The translations under genes and the position numbers were made by a program. DNA of 64,000 bases, from positions 8,571 to 72,570 of the forward strand of contig JAGVPT010000096.1 in assembly GCA_020052095.1 (NCBI GenBank), in the 5' to 3' direction. Shown piece by piece: positions 63,212 through 64,000 of the stretch. The notes beneath the pieces are model-generated. The model made no database searches, was not told the origin of the DNA, and saw only the letters and a program-made list of their open reading frames with translations. This DNA is from Bacteroidota bacterium. Lineage in GTDB: Bacteria; Bacteroidota; Ignavibacteria; UBA10030; UBA8401. The first letter of the stretch is position 1; each line of letters begins with the position of its first letter.

Positions 63212-64000
63212 CTAGATTCGTCGCCCCACTATAGTAGATATCTCTTTCAGTCTGTTCATTAGCCGGTGAAAAGTTTCTGGCTTCAAAGATTGAAAACCAT
63301 CCGACATCGCTTTCTCCGGATGCGAATGTACTTCGATCATCAGGCCGTCAGCTCCCGCGACAATTGCGGCGAGCGCCAGCGGCGATACCAGATCCCATGC
63401 TCCGGTCCCGTGGCTTGGATCGACGATAATGGGAAGATGAGACAATTTCTTTATCACTGGCACAGCGTTTAGGTCGAGAGTATTGCGCGTGTACGTCTCG
63501 AATGTCCGTATGCCTCGCTCACACAAAATCACCTTATAGTTGCCTTTCGAGAGAATATACTCCGCGGCCATCAAGAGCTCTTCAATCGTCGCGGAGAGTC
63601 CCCGTTTCAAGACAACCGGCTTGTCCAGTTCGCCGACGCGTTCAAGCAACGAGAAGTTGTACATGTTGCGCGCACCGATCTGGAGGACGTCGGAATGTTC
63701 GGCCACAAGCGAAAGAGTCTCAGTGTCTTTCACTTCGGTCACAACTTTCAGGCCGGTTGTTTCCGCCGCCTCTTTGAGATACTCCAGTCCCTCCAGCTTC
63801 AATCCTTGAAACGCATACGGAGAAGTCCTCGGCTTGAAAGCTCCCCCGCGAAGAAATCGTGCGCCCGCTTCCTTGACGATCTGGGCAATCTCCAGGATCT
63901 GCGCGCGACTTTCTACCGAACAAGGACCTGCGATAACATTGAGTTCTTCCCCACCGAAACTTGCGCCGCCAACGTCGATAATTGTTGATTCAGGCTTAAA
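63212..64000 (-). CDS. aroF: 3-deoxy-7-phosphoheptulonate (DAHP) synthase, type I-beta (5' end beyond window)
   Basis: The frame stays open to the window edge. IAGPCSVES...[17 protein letters not shown]...QIGARNM...LKRG...[18 protein letters not shown]......[10 protein letters not shown]. Confidence 0.85.
   Translation of the reverse strand, partial: FKPESTIIDVGGASFGGEELNVIAGPCSVESRAQILEIAQIVKEAGARFLRGGAFKPRTSPYAFQGLKLEGLEYLKEAAETTGLKVVTEVKDTETLSLVAEHSDVLQIGARNMYNFSLLERVGELDKPVVLKRGLSATIEELLMAAEYILSKGNYKVILCERGIRTFETYTRNTLDLNAVPVIKKLSHLPIIVDPSHGTGAWDLVSPLALAAIVAGADGLMIEVHSHPEKAMSDGFQSLKPETFHRLMNRLKEISTIVGRRI

Overview
This 64-kb chromosomal window probably comes from an FCB-group, Ignavibacteria-like bacterium. 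That placement is an inference from many T9SS-type C-terminal sorting domains (NYPNPFNPSTTI...), a BshB1-like deacetylase and BamD.

The window has three blocks:
(i) 1-12.8 kb is housekeeping: P-II, nagA, rpe, ribE/ribD, dxs, xseAB, bshB1.
(ii) 13.2-43.3 kb is an uninterrupted 30-kb run of plus-strand genes that reads as a metal (probably Cu/Ag) handling island. It holds a CusCBA/CzcCBA-type RND pump, three Met/His-rich periplasmic proteins, and YHS-domain genes including one remnant. It also holds a T-loop-less P-II-like domain fused to a membrane sensor next to a paralogous orphan histidine kinase, and three T9SS cargo proteins. Its last part is a TonB-dependent receptor, a MacB/FtsX-type ABC transporter, three 'cytoplasmic zinc ribbon - TM - periplasmic Cys-motif' proteins and an HMA lipoprotein. 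I consider this last module and the P-II-sensor pair the best candidates for an undescribed system.
(iii) 43.3-64 kb is a minus-strand block. It carries a variant System I cytochrome c maturation cluster (ccmABCDEF, CcmE with CxxxY, no ccmH), secreted HExxH and FG-GAP proteins, bamD, capA, gdh, htpX, a two-component cluster and a DAHP synthase.

Non-coding items are a structured ~120-200 bp repeat present twice, a 172-bp MITE-like inverted-repeat element, a near-identical 152-bp duplication across two gene 3' ends, and a hairpin-rich leader upstream of P-II.

I saw no rRNA, tRNA, CRISPR array, integrase or transposase. All calls come from reading the translations and sequence by eye. Start codons are best guesses and family names are motif-based, not search-based.
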